Shown here: piece by piece, positions 27,942 to 35,838 of the stretch | Numbering within the stretch: position 1 is the stretch's first letter | How the letters are laid out: each line of letters begins with the position of its first letter | From: an uncultured Gemmatimonadales bacterium | Lineage (GTDB): Bacteria; Gemmatimonadota; Gemmatimonadetes; Gemmatimonadales; Gemmatimonadaceae | Direction: 5' to 3' | Length of the DNA stretch: 35,838 nt | Assembly: GCA_963851265.1 (NCBI GenBank) | Contig: CAWKNZ010000011.1 | Coordinates: 1 to 35,838, forward strand | Translations under genes and position numbers: made by a program | Notes under the pieces: generated by a model | What the model saw: only the letters and a program-made list of their open reading frames with translations | What the model was told of the DNA's origin: nothing | Databases searched by the model: none

Positions 27942-30002
27942 ATGTCCCCGGCGCCGGTGCTCACCGCGCTCGTCCACCTGGCCGGCTTCGGCACGGGTGC
28001 CACGCTGTACGCGATGCTCGGCGTCATGGCGGTGCGGCGCGTGCCACGCCCCGCGCCGACCGGGCCGACGCGGCGATCAGCGCCGTCGGCGGACCAGGCC
28101 GACCCGTTACCGATCGCCACCGCCCTCCTCGGCGTTGCGTGGAACGTGGGGGCGCTCGTGCTCTACTCGCTCCGCGACCTCGCCCCCACGCCGGTGCTCC
28201 GCGCGGGGCCGTGGCTCATGACCGTTGGCGTCCTCGCGTTCGCCGCCCTCGGATTCCTGCCCGCGGTCGCGGTCCAGGCGGCGGCGCAGCCGGTCGCGCG
28301 CGCCACCCGGCGCTGGCTCGTCGGTGCGGCCTACGCGCTCAGCGGGGTCGCCGCCCTGCAGCACGGGTGGGCCGCGGTCGCGACCGGCGCCACGCCGTCC
28401 CGCGCCGCGCTGCTCACGCTCACCGTCGGCTATCTCGCGGTACTCCCGGTGCTCGCCGTCGGACTCCGCGGCCGGCCCGGGGGACGCGCGCCGTTCGTCG
28501 CCGCCGCACTCGCCGCGTTCGCGGTCGCCGCGCTGCATCTGCGACACCACACCGCCGGGGAGTCACTCGCCGCGCACGTCCTCGGCGACCACGCGTCGCT
28601 CCCGCTCGCGCTCGTGGTGCTCTACCAGGACTACCGCGTCGCGTTCGCCGACCTGTTCCTCAAGCGGGCGCTCGCGGCGCTCGCGCTCGTGGCGTCGGCC
28701 GCGGCGGCATACCTCGCCGTCGTCCTGCCGGTGGCGGTGCCGCGGCTCGCCGCCAACCCCGCCGACCCGCTCGGGACCGCGGTCCTCGCCCTGGTGTTAG
28801 GCGCCGCACTCGCGCTCGCGCCGCGCGTACGCCGCGCGGCGAGCGCGATCGTCGACCGTGTCGTCCTCCGCCGGCCCGACGCCGCCGCGGTGCGCCACGC
28901 GCTGGCCGCCAGCATCACGAGCGCCGAGAGCGCCGAGGCGGTGCTCGACGCCGTGGGGACGCACCTCGCCCCCGCGCTGCTGGCCGGCACCGTCACGTGG
29001 GATCTCCGCCCCGAGCCGCCGACCCACCCCCGGACGGGCGCGGCGGTCCGCACCGACGCGCGCGGGGGCGAGGCGACCGCCGACGTCCCGGTCACCGACG
29101 CCCCCCGGTACGTCCTGCACGTCGGCGCGCTCCCGGCCGGGCGTCGGCTGCTCTCCGACGACCTCGCCCTGCTGGAATGGGCGGCGCTGCTCGCGGCGCG
29201 CCGCATCGACCTGGTCCGCGTCGCCCACGAGCGGTACGCACGCGACGTTCGCGAGCGTGAGGCGCTGCAGCTGGCGACGGCGGCCGAGCTCCGGGCGCTC
29301 CGGGCCCAACTCAACCCGCACTTCCTGTTCAACGCGCTGACCACCATCGGCCACCTCGTGCAGACGGCGCCGAACCGCGCGCTCGCCGCGCTCTACGAGC
29401 TGACCGGGTTGCTGCGCGCCGTGCTCCGCCCGACCGCCGGCCACACGGTGCCGCTGGCCGAGGAGATCGCGGTGGTCGAGGCGTACCTCGGGATCGAACG
29501 GGCGCGCTTCGAGGAACGGCTGCAGGTCGTCGTCGACGTCGACGCCGCGGCGCGCGCGTCGGCCGTCCCGCCGCTGCTCGTACAGCCGCTCGTCGAGAAC
29601 GCGGTGCAGCACGGGATCGCGCCGCTCAAGCGGGGCGGCGAGGTACGGGTCTGGGCCCGCGTCGAATCGCACGCGACGCGTGCGCACCTTCACATCCGCG
29701 TCAGCGACACCGGGGCCGGCGTGGACACGGCGCGACTGGCCGAGGGGCGCGCTGCGGGGTTCGGCCTCGCGAGCGTGGAGCGGCGGCTGGAGCGGCTCTA
29801 CGGCGCTGCGGCGACGTTCGAGTTCGCCTCGCACACCGGCACCGGCACGACGGTCGACCTGCGCGTGCCGCTCGCCCTGCCACTCGCCGTCCCACGAACG
29901 CGGCCGACAGACCCCTCGCCCGCGGCGGCCCTGCCCTTGGCCCGCGACCGGGCGCCGGGCGACCAGACGGGGGCGCGGCGCTCGCGACGCGTCACCTCGT
30001 GA
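27942..30002 (+). CDS. LytS/YehU-type membrane sensor histidine kinase
   Basis: About 9-10 TM N-terminus. 'AELRALRAQLNPHFLFNALTTI', 'LAEEI..VEAYL.IE.ARF', 'QPLVENAVQHG', 'GFGLASVERRL'. Confidence 0.93.
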   Translation: MSPAPVLTALVHLAGFGTGATLYAMLGVMAVRRVPRPAPTGPTRRSAPSADQADPLPIATALLGVAWNVGALVLYSLRDLAPTPVLRAGPWLMTVGVLAFAALGFLPAVAVQAAAQPVARATRRWLVGAAYALSGVAALQHGWAAVATGATPSRAALLTLTVGYLAVLPVLAVGLRGRPGGRAPFVAAALAAFAVAALHLRHHTAGESLAAHVLGDHASLPLALVVLYQDYRVAFADLFLKRALAALALVASAAAAYLAVVLPVAVPRLAANPADPLGTAVLALVLGAALALAPRVRRAASAIVDRVVLRRPDAAAVRHALAASITSAESAEAVLDAVGTHLAPALLAGTVTWDLRPEPPTHPRTGAAVRTDARGGEATADVPVTDAPRYVLHVGALPAGRRLLSDDLALLEWAALLAARRIDLVRVAHERYARDVREREALQLATAAELRALRAQLNPHFLFNALTTIGHLVQTAPNRALAALYELTGLLRAVLRPTAGHTVPLAEEIAVVEAYLGIERARFEERLQVVVDVDAAARASAVPPLLVQPLVENAVQHGIAPLKRGGEVRVWARVESHATRAHLHIRVSDTGAGVDTARLAEGRAAGFGLASVERRLERLYGAAATFEFASHTGTGTTVDLRVPLALPLAVPRTRPTDPSPAAALPLARDRAPGDQTGARRSRRVTS

Positions 30003-30991
30003 CGCCCGCCACCACGGGGCCCGGATTCGACGGGGCCGACGGTCCGCGACGCGATCCCGGGACGACGCTCCGGGTCGTGGTCGCCGACGACGAACGGCCC
30101 GCGCGCTCCTTTCTGGTCGCACTGCTGCGCGGGTCGCCGGACGTCGAGGTCGTGGGGGAGGCCGCCGACGGCGCCGAGGCGGTCGCCGTGATCGAGCGTA
30201 CGCGACCGGACCTTGCGCTGCTCGACCTGCAGATGCCCGAGCTCGACGGGCTCGGCGTGGTCCGGGCGCTGGAACGCGCGCGCAAGCGGGACGGGCACCC
30301 GCGCGCCCCGGAGGTGCCCGCGGCGCTCCCGCTCATCGCCTTCGTGACCGCGTACGACGCGTACGCGGTGCGCGCGTTCGAGGTGCACGCGATCGACTAC
30401 CTCCTGAAGCCGGTCGACGGGGCGCGACTGCGGCGCACCCTCTCGCGCGCGCACGCGCAGTTGGACCGCGCCGACGTGCGTGCCGACGGCGAGGATCGGC
30501 TGCGCGCCGCGATGACCGCGCTCGCCGCGCGCGGCGCACCCGACGGACGGGCGGCTGACGGAGTGGCGAGCGACGCTGAGCGGGCGGCGTCCGAGACGAC
30601 GTCGGCGACGACGGAGGACGCCGGCGGGCGCGCGCGGGTGCGGCGGGCCGCGTCGCCGATCGACCGGATTCCGGTGCGGCGGCGCGACGACGTGCTCCTC
30701 GTCCCGGTCGCGCAGGTCCTCGCCGTCGTCGCCGACGGGGAACTCCTGCACGTGCACACCGTCGGCGGCGAGCGGCACACGATCGCGTACCGCCTCAAGG
30801 ACCTCGAGGCGCGGCTCCCCGCGGGGGCGTTCGTCCGCCTGTCGCGCGGCGCACTCGCGCGCGTCGAGGCGATCCGGGTCGTGAGCCCGATGCCGGGCGG
30901 CACGTACCTCGTCACGCTCGCTGGGGGGATGCAGATCCCCGTCAGTCGGCTGCGCTCGCGCTACGTGCGCGAACGGCTGCTGCGACTGTAG
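29999..30991 (+). CDS. LytTR-family response regulator
   Basis: REC domain (ADDE, LLDLQMP, FVTAYD.YA..AF, DYLLKP) and LytTR domain (LKDLEARL...FVRLSR...VSR). GTGA overlap with the kinase. Confidence 0.93.
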   Translation: MTPATTGPGFDGADGPRRDPGTTLRVVVADDERPARSFLVALLRGSPDVEVVGEAADGAEAVAVIERTRPDLALLDLQMPELDGLGVVRALERARKRDGHPRAPEVPAALPLIAFVTAYDAYAVRAFEVHAIDYLLKPVDGARLRRTLSRAHAQLDRADVRADGEDRLRAAMTALAARGAPDGRAADGVASDAERAASETTSATTEDAGGRARVRRAASPIDRIPVRRRDDVLLVPVAQVLAVVADGELLHVHTVGGERHTIAYRLKDLEARLPAGAFVRLSRGALARVEAIRVVSPMPGGTYLVTLAGGMQIPVSRLRSRYVRERLLRL

Positions 30992-31017
30992 CCGCCGTGT
31001 CGCGGCCGGTCCACCGG

Positions 31018-31107
31018 CCCGATCGTCGCGCGCGAGGCACCACTCGTGACCGCGCGACGACCACTCGTCGGAGGGCGTGGGAGGCTCGGGCGAGGGCGCG
31101 CGATACT
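31018..31107 (+). promoter_or_regulatory. LytTR-type direct repeats and a -10 element upstream of the TonB receptor
   Basis: CCCGATCGT (31018), ACCACTCGT (31039) and ACCACTCGT (31060): 9-bp units with 12-bp spacers. GATACT at 31102-07, no good -35. Confidence 0.7.
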
Positions 31108-31165
31108 GCAGGGCCGGCACGCGCGCGCATGCGCACCCGCCGGCGTCCTCGTCTCGTTCGCGCCC

Positions 31166-33604
31166 ATGGCCTTGCTTCCTGCTTTCGTTCCCGCACCGCC
31201 AACCGTGATACTCGCGGCGGTCTTTCCTGCGCGTGGTCGCGCACCCACCGCAGCCTTACGCGCGGCCGCGGCCGACGTCGTCGGCACGGTGCGCGACAGC
31301 GCGTCAGGCCGTCCGCTCGAAGCCGTGGAGGTGAGCGCGCGACGCGGCGGGCAGGTGGTCGCGAACGCGCAGACGGACGCGTTCGGCCGCTACACGCTGC
31401 ACAACCTGCCCGTGGGGCGGTATGTCGTGACGGCCCGCTTCATCGGCTTCCGCGCGGAGGAGCGCACGGTCGACGTCGGGGCCGCCGGGACCGCGACCCG
31501 CGGCGTCGACTTCGCCCTTACAACGGTCGCGACTGCGCTGTCCGGGGTCAACGTGACCGCGAGCGCGCCCGTGGCCGTCGACACGCGCACCGGCAATCAG
31601 ACCTTCCAGCAGAACGAGTATCGCGGCGCGCCGACCAACACGACGTCGCAGATCCTGCAGCAGACCATCGCCGGCGCGGCGCGCGCGCCGACGGGCGAGG
31701 TGCACATCCGCGGGCAGCACGCCGAGTACACCTACGTCATCGACGGCGTCCCGGTCCCGGCCGGCATCTCGGGCTCGCTCAACGAGCTGTTCGACCCGCA
31801 GGTGGTCAACCAGATCGACTTCATCACGGGCGGGTGGGACGCGGAGTACGGCAACAAGAACGCGGCGATCGTCGACGTGAAGACGCGGATCCCCGCGGGC
31901 GGCTTCCACGCCAACCTGGGGACGTACGCCGGCGCGTTCGACGGGGCGTCGACGGCGGGGAACCGCGGGCTCAACGGGCAGTCGGTGAGCGCGAGCACGA
32001 ACGCCGGCCGGTGGGGGTTCTTCGTCGCGGGGAGCCGGCAGTTCAGCGACATGCGGCGCGAGCCGCTCGTCTTCGACACGGCGGGCAACAGGTCGCTCAA
32101 CTTCCACAACGACGGGCGCGACCTGTTCGGCTTCGGCAAGGTGCAGTACACGGCCGGGCCTAACGACGTCGTCAACCTCGACGCCAACCTGTCGACGACG
32201 AACTTCGCGGTGCCCTACGACTCGACGGGCAACGTGTTCAGCAACGACCGGCAGCGGGACCGCAACGCGTTCGTCAACCTGAGCTGGCGGCACCAGTTCG
32301 GCCCGGCGGGCAGTGCGGCGCCCGCGTCCGCGACCTCGACCAGTTCGGCCTCCACGTCGACGTCGGTCGCGGGCGCGCCGGCCGACTTCTTCGGCGCGGT
32401 CTACTACCGCCACGGCTCGCTCAACTACGTCCCGGACCCGCGCGACCAGGCGCAGTTCGTGTTCGCGCCCGACACGGTGCCGTACAACCTGGCGGAACGA
32501 CGCAACTTCGACGCGTATGGGCTCGTCGCCGCCTACACCGTGCACCCGCGGCGCGAGTTGGAGGTCAAGATCGGCACGCAGTCGTCGATCACCCGCGGGC
32601 ACGAGGATTTCAGCTCGCTCGACAACGCGGGGAATAGCGGCCCCGGGTCCAACTCCGCGCTCCACGGATCCGACGTGGGCGTGTATGCGCAGACGGCGTA
32701 CGCCCCCGTCGAGTGGTTCGAACTCCGGACGGGGGTACGCTACGACGCCCACCGCGCCCCGTTCGCCGGCACGCAGCACCAGGTGAGCCCGCGCGTCCGA
32801 CTCAATTTTTTCCCGACCGCGTCGACGACGCTCTACGCCTACTACGGGCGCCTCTTCGTCCCGACCAACGTCGAGGACCTGCGCGCGATCACCAGCTCGG
32901 CGTTAGGCGACTCCGTCACGCCGAACCCGACGCTGCCGGAGCGGGACGCGTTCTACGAACTCGGCGCCGTGCAGCGGCTTCCGTTCCTGGGGGCGTCGAT
33001 CAAGCTCGCCGGCTACCGGAAGAACTCGTCGCCCGGGATCGACGACAATACGGTGCCCGGGTCGGCGATCACGACCTCCGTCAACATCGCGCAGGTGCGC
33101 GTCACGGGGATCGAGAGCGTCGTCGAGCTCCGCCCCGCCGGGCCGTTCTCCGGCTACCTCAACGCGGCACTCAACCACGCGTACGGGCTCGGGCCGGTCA
33201 CGGGCGGGTTCTTTCCCGTGGTGCCGCCGACCGGGTACTTCGACCTCGACCACGACCAGCGGCTCTCGCTCGTCGCGAGCGGGTTCTACAGCCGGCACAA
33301 CTTCTACCTGAGCGCCACGGGCATCTACGGCAGCGGGCTGACCAACGGCGTCTCCCCCGCGGACTGCAGCTGTCGGTACGGAACGGGGCTGTTCGACTTC
33401 AACTCGGGGATCAAGGTGAAGCCGAGCGCGATCGTCAACGTCGGCACCGGCTACACGTTCGTCGCGCGCGGGGCCGTCCTGCGGCCGGAGCTCTACGTCG
33501 AGAACCTGTTCGACACGACGTACCTGCTCAAGGGCGCGTTCTTCAGCGGGACGTCAGTCGGGCGGCCGCGGAGTGTGCAGGTGCGGCTGAACGTCGGGAT
33601 CTGA
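31166..33604 (+). CDS. TonB-dependent outer-membrane receptor with N-terminal carboxypeptidase-regulatory-like domain
   Basis: 'GTVRDSASGRPL...TDAFGRYTL.NLPVGRY', plug 'VHIRG...YVIDGVPV...ITGGWDAEYG', barrel 'GVRYD', 'SPRV', C-terminal 'ENLFD..Y...GRPRSVQVRLNVGI'. Start uncertain. Confidence 0.92.
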   Translation: MALLPAFVPAPPTVILAAVFPARGRAPTAALRAAAADVVGTVRDSASGRPLEAVEVSARRGGQVVANAQTDAFGRYTLHNLPVGRYVVTARFIGFRAEERTVDVGAAGTATRGVDFALTTVATALSGVNVTASAPVAVDTRTGNQTFQQNEYRGAPTNTTSQILQQTIAGAARAPTGEVHIRGQHAEYTYVIDGVPVPAGISGSLNELFDPQVVNQIDFITGGWDAEYGNKNAAIVDVKTRIPAGGFHANLGTYAGAFDGASTAGNRGLNGQSVSASTNAGRWGFFVAGSRQFSDMRREPLVFDTAGNRSLNFHNDGRDLFGFGKVQYTAGPNDVVNLDANLSTTNFAVPYDSTGNVFSNDRQRDRNAFVNLSWRHQFGPAGSAAPASATSTSSASTSTSVAGAPADFFGAVYYRHGSLNYVPDPRDQAQFVFAPDTVPYNLAERRNFDAYGLVAAYTVHPRRELEVKIGTQSSITRGHEDFSSLDNAGNSGPGSNSALHGSDVGVYAQTAYAPVEWFELRTGVRYDAHRAPFAGTQHQVSPRVRLNFFPTASTTLYAYYGRLFVPTNVEDLRAITSSALGDSVTPNPTLPERDAFYELGAVQRLPFLGASIKLAGYRKNSSPGIDDNTVPGSAITTSVNIAQVRVTGIESVVELRPAGPFSGYLNAALNHAYGLGPVTGGFFPVVPPTGYFDLDHDQRLSLVASGFYSRHNFYLSATGIYGSGLTNGVSPADCSCRYGTGLFDFNSGIKVKPSAIVNVGTGYTFVARGAVLRPELYVENLFDTTYLLKGAFFSGTSVGRPRSVQVRLNVGI

Positions 33605-33665
33605 CATGGTCGGCGCGCCGGGTGCCGACCGATGCGGTCGGCACCCGGGCGCGGGGGACCCGCCG

Positions 33666-35555
33666 CTACCGCAGGAGCGGCGGGCCCGCGAGACGCCGGA
33701 CCCGGAGCGCGGCGCGCGCGGCGCGCGCGGCGGGCACCCGCGGGATCAGCTCACGCCGGGCGATCGCCTGCAGCCGCGCGAGGACGGGCGCGTCCGTCTC
33801 GAGCGGCCCGGCCGCAATCGCCGCCGCGAGTCGCGCCTGGGTCGGCCCGCCGAGGGCCACGATGCCGGACGACGCGACGAGCGGTGTCGGCGCGGGGGCC
33901 AGCCCCGTGCCGGTCACGGTGACGCTCTGCGTCGCGGTGTAACTCGGGTCGGCGTCGAAGAGCACGAGCGCGTAGCGCGCCGCGGTGGGGCCGCCGTTCG
34001 TCACCGACACCGCGCCCCCAGTGCCGGCGTCGTAGTGCACGACGGCCGCGTCGGCGGTCGCCGCACCGGGCGCGACCACGCTCACCCGGAGCGTCGCCGG
34101 CAGCGTGCCGGACGACCCGGCCGCCTGCGTGCGGAGCGTCGCCTGGGTGCCCGCGGGCACGGCGAACTCCAGGTACGCGCTCGTGCCGCCCCGGAGCGGG
34201 AACGTCTGCCCCGTGCCGTCGGCGAGCGCGCGGGTCGTGAGCGGGTAGACGCCGCCGTTGATCCTGCCCCCGCCCTGGAGCGTGAAGCCGGTCAGCACCG
34301 CCCGGAAGTCCCAGCTGGCCTGCCGGTAGCGCGCCCCCAGTGCCGACGCCTCGAGCGCGGGCACGGCCCCGTCGGCGTAGCTGGACACGGCCCAGTCCCG
34401 CAGCCAGTCGCTGAGCGACGCGCCGAGCCCGGTGGCCGCCTGCAGGTTGGCGAGCCCCGTCTGCGTGCTGTTCACGATCGGCCGGAAGAACGCGCTGTCG
34501 GTCGTCCCGCTCCGGTCGGCGGCGTAGCGCAGGAAGGACCAGATCGCGCCGCGCATCTCGAGGTAGTCGTACGTCGTCGTCGCTCCCGACCCGGTCTCGG
34601 GCACGTACGGTCCGTACCGCTCGGTGGCTTGCAGGTAGAGGCCGAGCCGCGAGAGGTTCTGGACCTCGTAGCCGTTGAGCGCGGCGAGCCCGTTCTCCTG
34701 CGTGGTGATCGCCGCCGGCGTGAGATGCGACCGGGGCGACTGCCCCGGCTGTCCCGGGGGCCCGAGCCCGGACGCGCGATAGAAGTCGAGTTCCTCGGCG
34801 ACGTGGCTCAGCCCCTCGTTGAGCCACAGCTCCTCGAGGTAGTTGGGCGTGTCGAGCGTGTAGAGCCGGCGCGACGCGTTGATGAGGTGCTGGAACTCGT
34901 GGCCGAGCGTGCCGACCGTGGTGCGGGCGACGAAGTCCTTCGCGCGCGCGTTGCCGTTGATCGCCCCCGCGGGGTCGGGGACGAGCATGTAGAACATCTC
35001 GCTCGCGTTGCTGCCCGCGCAGGCGTTGGTGCCCGTCGTCGGGAAGAGATCCCGCGACCAGAAGAACCCGCCGATGTAGTAGTCGGCGTTCGCGGGCGTG
35101 AGGGCGTTCACCGCACTCGTGTAGAACACGAGGGCGCGCCCGCCGCTCACCGCATCGGCTGGCGCCCCGAAGTGCCGCACGTCGACCGGGTAGACGAGCG
35201 TGTCGAACGCCGCCGCGAAGCCCTGGTAGTCGGCGTCGGTGAACCCGCCGGAGGGGTTGCTCGTGTCGGCGACGATGACCGCGTGCGCGCCGACCGCGGC
35301 GACGCGCCCGACGCGCAGCCCCGAGGCGATCCGGTCGCACGCGGAGGCGGTGTTCACGTTGAGCGACACGCGATCGCCGACCGCGAGCGTCGCGGGGTCG
35401 ATCACGGTCTTGGGGGCCGCGACCGGCGCCGTGCTCGCGTCCTGGCAGGCCGCGAGGGCGAGCGCGGTCGCGGCAGAGGCCAGCGCGCGGGCCCACGACC
35501 GAATTAGTCCGGCTGGCTGGCGGCGTCGGTCGGTGGGACGGACACGAGACGGCAT
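33666..35555 (-). CDS. Zinc metalloprotease lipoprotein (M30/hyicolysin-like)
   Basis: RBS GAGG before ATG 35555, lipobox LAAC, 'TLGHEFQHLIN' (HEXXH) and 'WLNEGLSHVAEE' (third ligand Glu), 'YIGGFFWSRDLF', 'SNASEMFY'. Confidence 0.85.
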   Translation of the reverse strand: MPSRVRPTDRRRQPAGLIRSWARALASAATALALAACQDASTAPVAAPKTVIDPATLAVGDRVSLNVNTASACDRIASGLRVGRVAAVGAHAVIVADTSNPSGGFTDADYQGFAAAFDTLVYPVDVRHFGAPADAVSGGRALVFYTSAVNALTPANADYYIGGFFWSRDLFPTTGTNACAGSNASEMFYMLVPDPAGAINGNARAKDFVARTTVGTLGHEFQHLINASRRLYTLDTPNYLEELWLNEGLSHVAEELDFYRASGLGPPGQPGQSPRSHLTPAAITTQENGLAALNGYEVQNLSRLGLYLQATERYGPYVPETGSGATTTYDYLEMRGAIWSFLRYAADRSGTTDSAFFRPIVNSTQTGLANLQAATGLGASLSDWLRDWAVSSYADGAVPALEASALGARYRQASWDFRAVLTGFTLQGGGRINGGVYPLTTRALADGTGQTFPLRGGTSAYLEFAVPAGTQATLRTQAAGSSGTLPATLRVSVVAPGAATADAAVVHYDAGTGGAVSVTNGGPTAARYALVLFDADPSYTATQSVTVTGTGLAPAPTPLVASSGIVALGGPTQARLAAAIAAGPLETDAPVLARLQAIARRELIPRVPAARAARAALRVRRLAGPPLLR

Positions 35556-35838
35556 GCGAACCTCACGAGTGGCACGGGAGCGAGCGTCAGCCGAGCGGGA
35601 GCCGCGATCGGCCCAGAGTCCCGGTCGCACCATAGGCCCCGGGGGGGACCGCCGCGACCGTGCCGCCGCGCCGTTTCGGGCCCGTGTCGCTCACCGGCCA
35701 GCAGGGACCAGTCATCGGCGCGTGACGCCCGCCTGTCAGCACCAGAAGTTCTTTGCGCATCGTCGCAACTGCCGGCGCGGCAGGTTGGGACGTACTCCCC
35801 GAGAGCGGCGATGCCGGCGATTGGCCGGTCAGAAACCC

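Overview
Very GC-rich (roughly 75% by eye) bacterial DNA. The gene content (ADOP-type permease relic, PEP-CTERM protein, carboxypeptidase-domain TonB receptor, small lineage-typical ORFs) suggests Gemmatimonadota; this is an inference. It is an accessory or decaying region. Intact genes include a di-haem cytochrome c, an Xaa-Pro aminopeptidase, an alpha/beta hydrolase, a StyC-like membrane protein, an NRAMP-related transporter, a PNPOx-like protein, a PAS/GAF histidine kinase, a divergent pyrophosphatase, a TetR/DUF4260 pair, a PEP-CTERM protein, a LytS/LytTR pair with a TonB receptor, and an M30-like metalloprotease lipoprotein. These are interspersed with relics: an IS110 tail, a headless histidine kinase, a headless Crp regulator and a shattered ABC permease. 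Three signals stand out. (1) The 7-8-mer (C)GTTAGGC recurs at least 17 times on both strands, including inside CDSs where it imposes rare codons. (2) An uncharacterised two-gene module (Gly-rich polyglycine/collagen-like protein plus a PEGA/beta-rich partner) lies divergent from a LuxR regulator. (3) Several regulatory sites are readable directly: LytTR 21-bp-periodic repeats before the TonB receptor, a sigma54 box before the PEP-CTERM gene, and overlapping divergent promoters with operators at TetR. All family calls come from motif recognition by eye; no searches were run and several start codons are uncertain.
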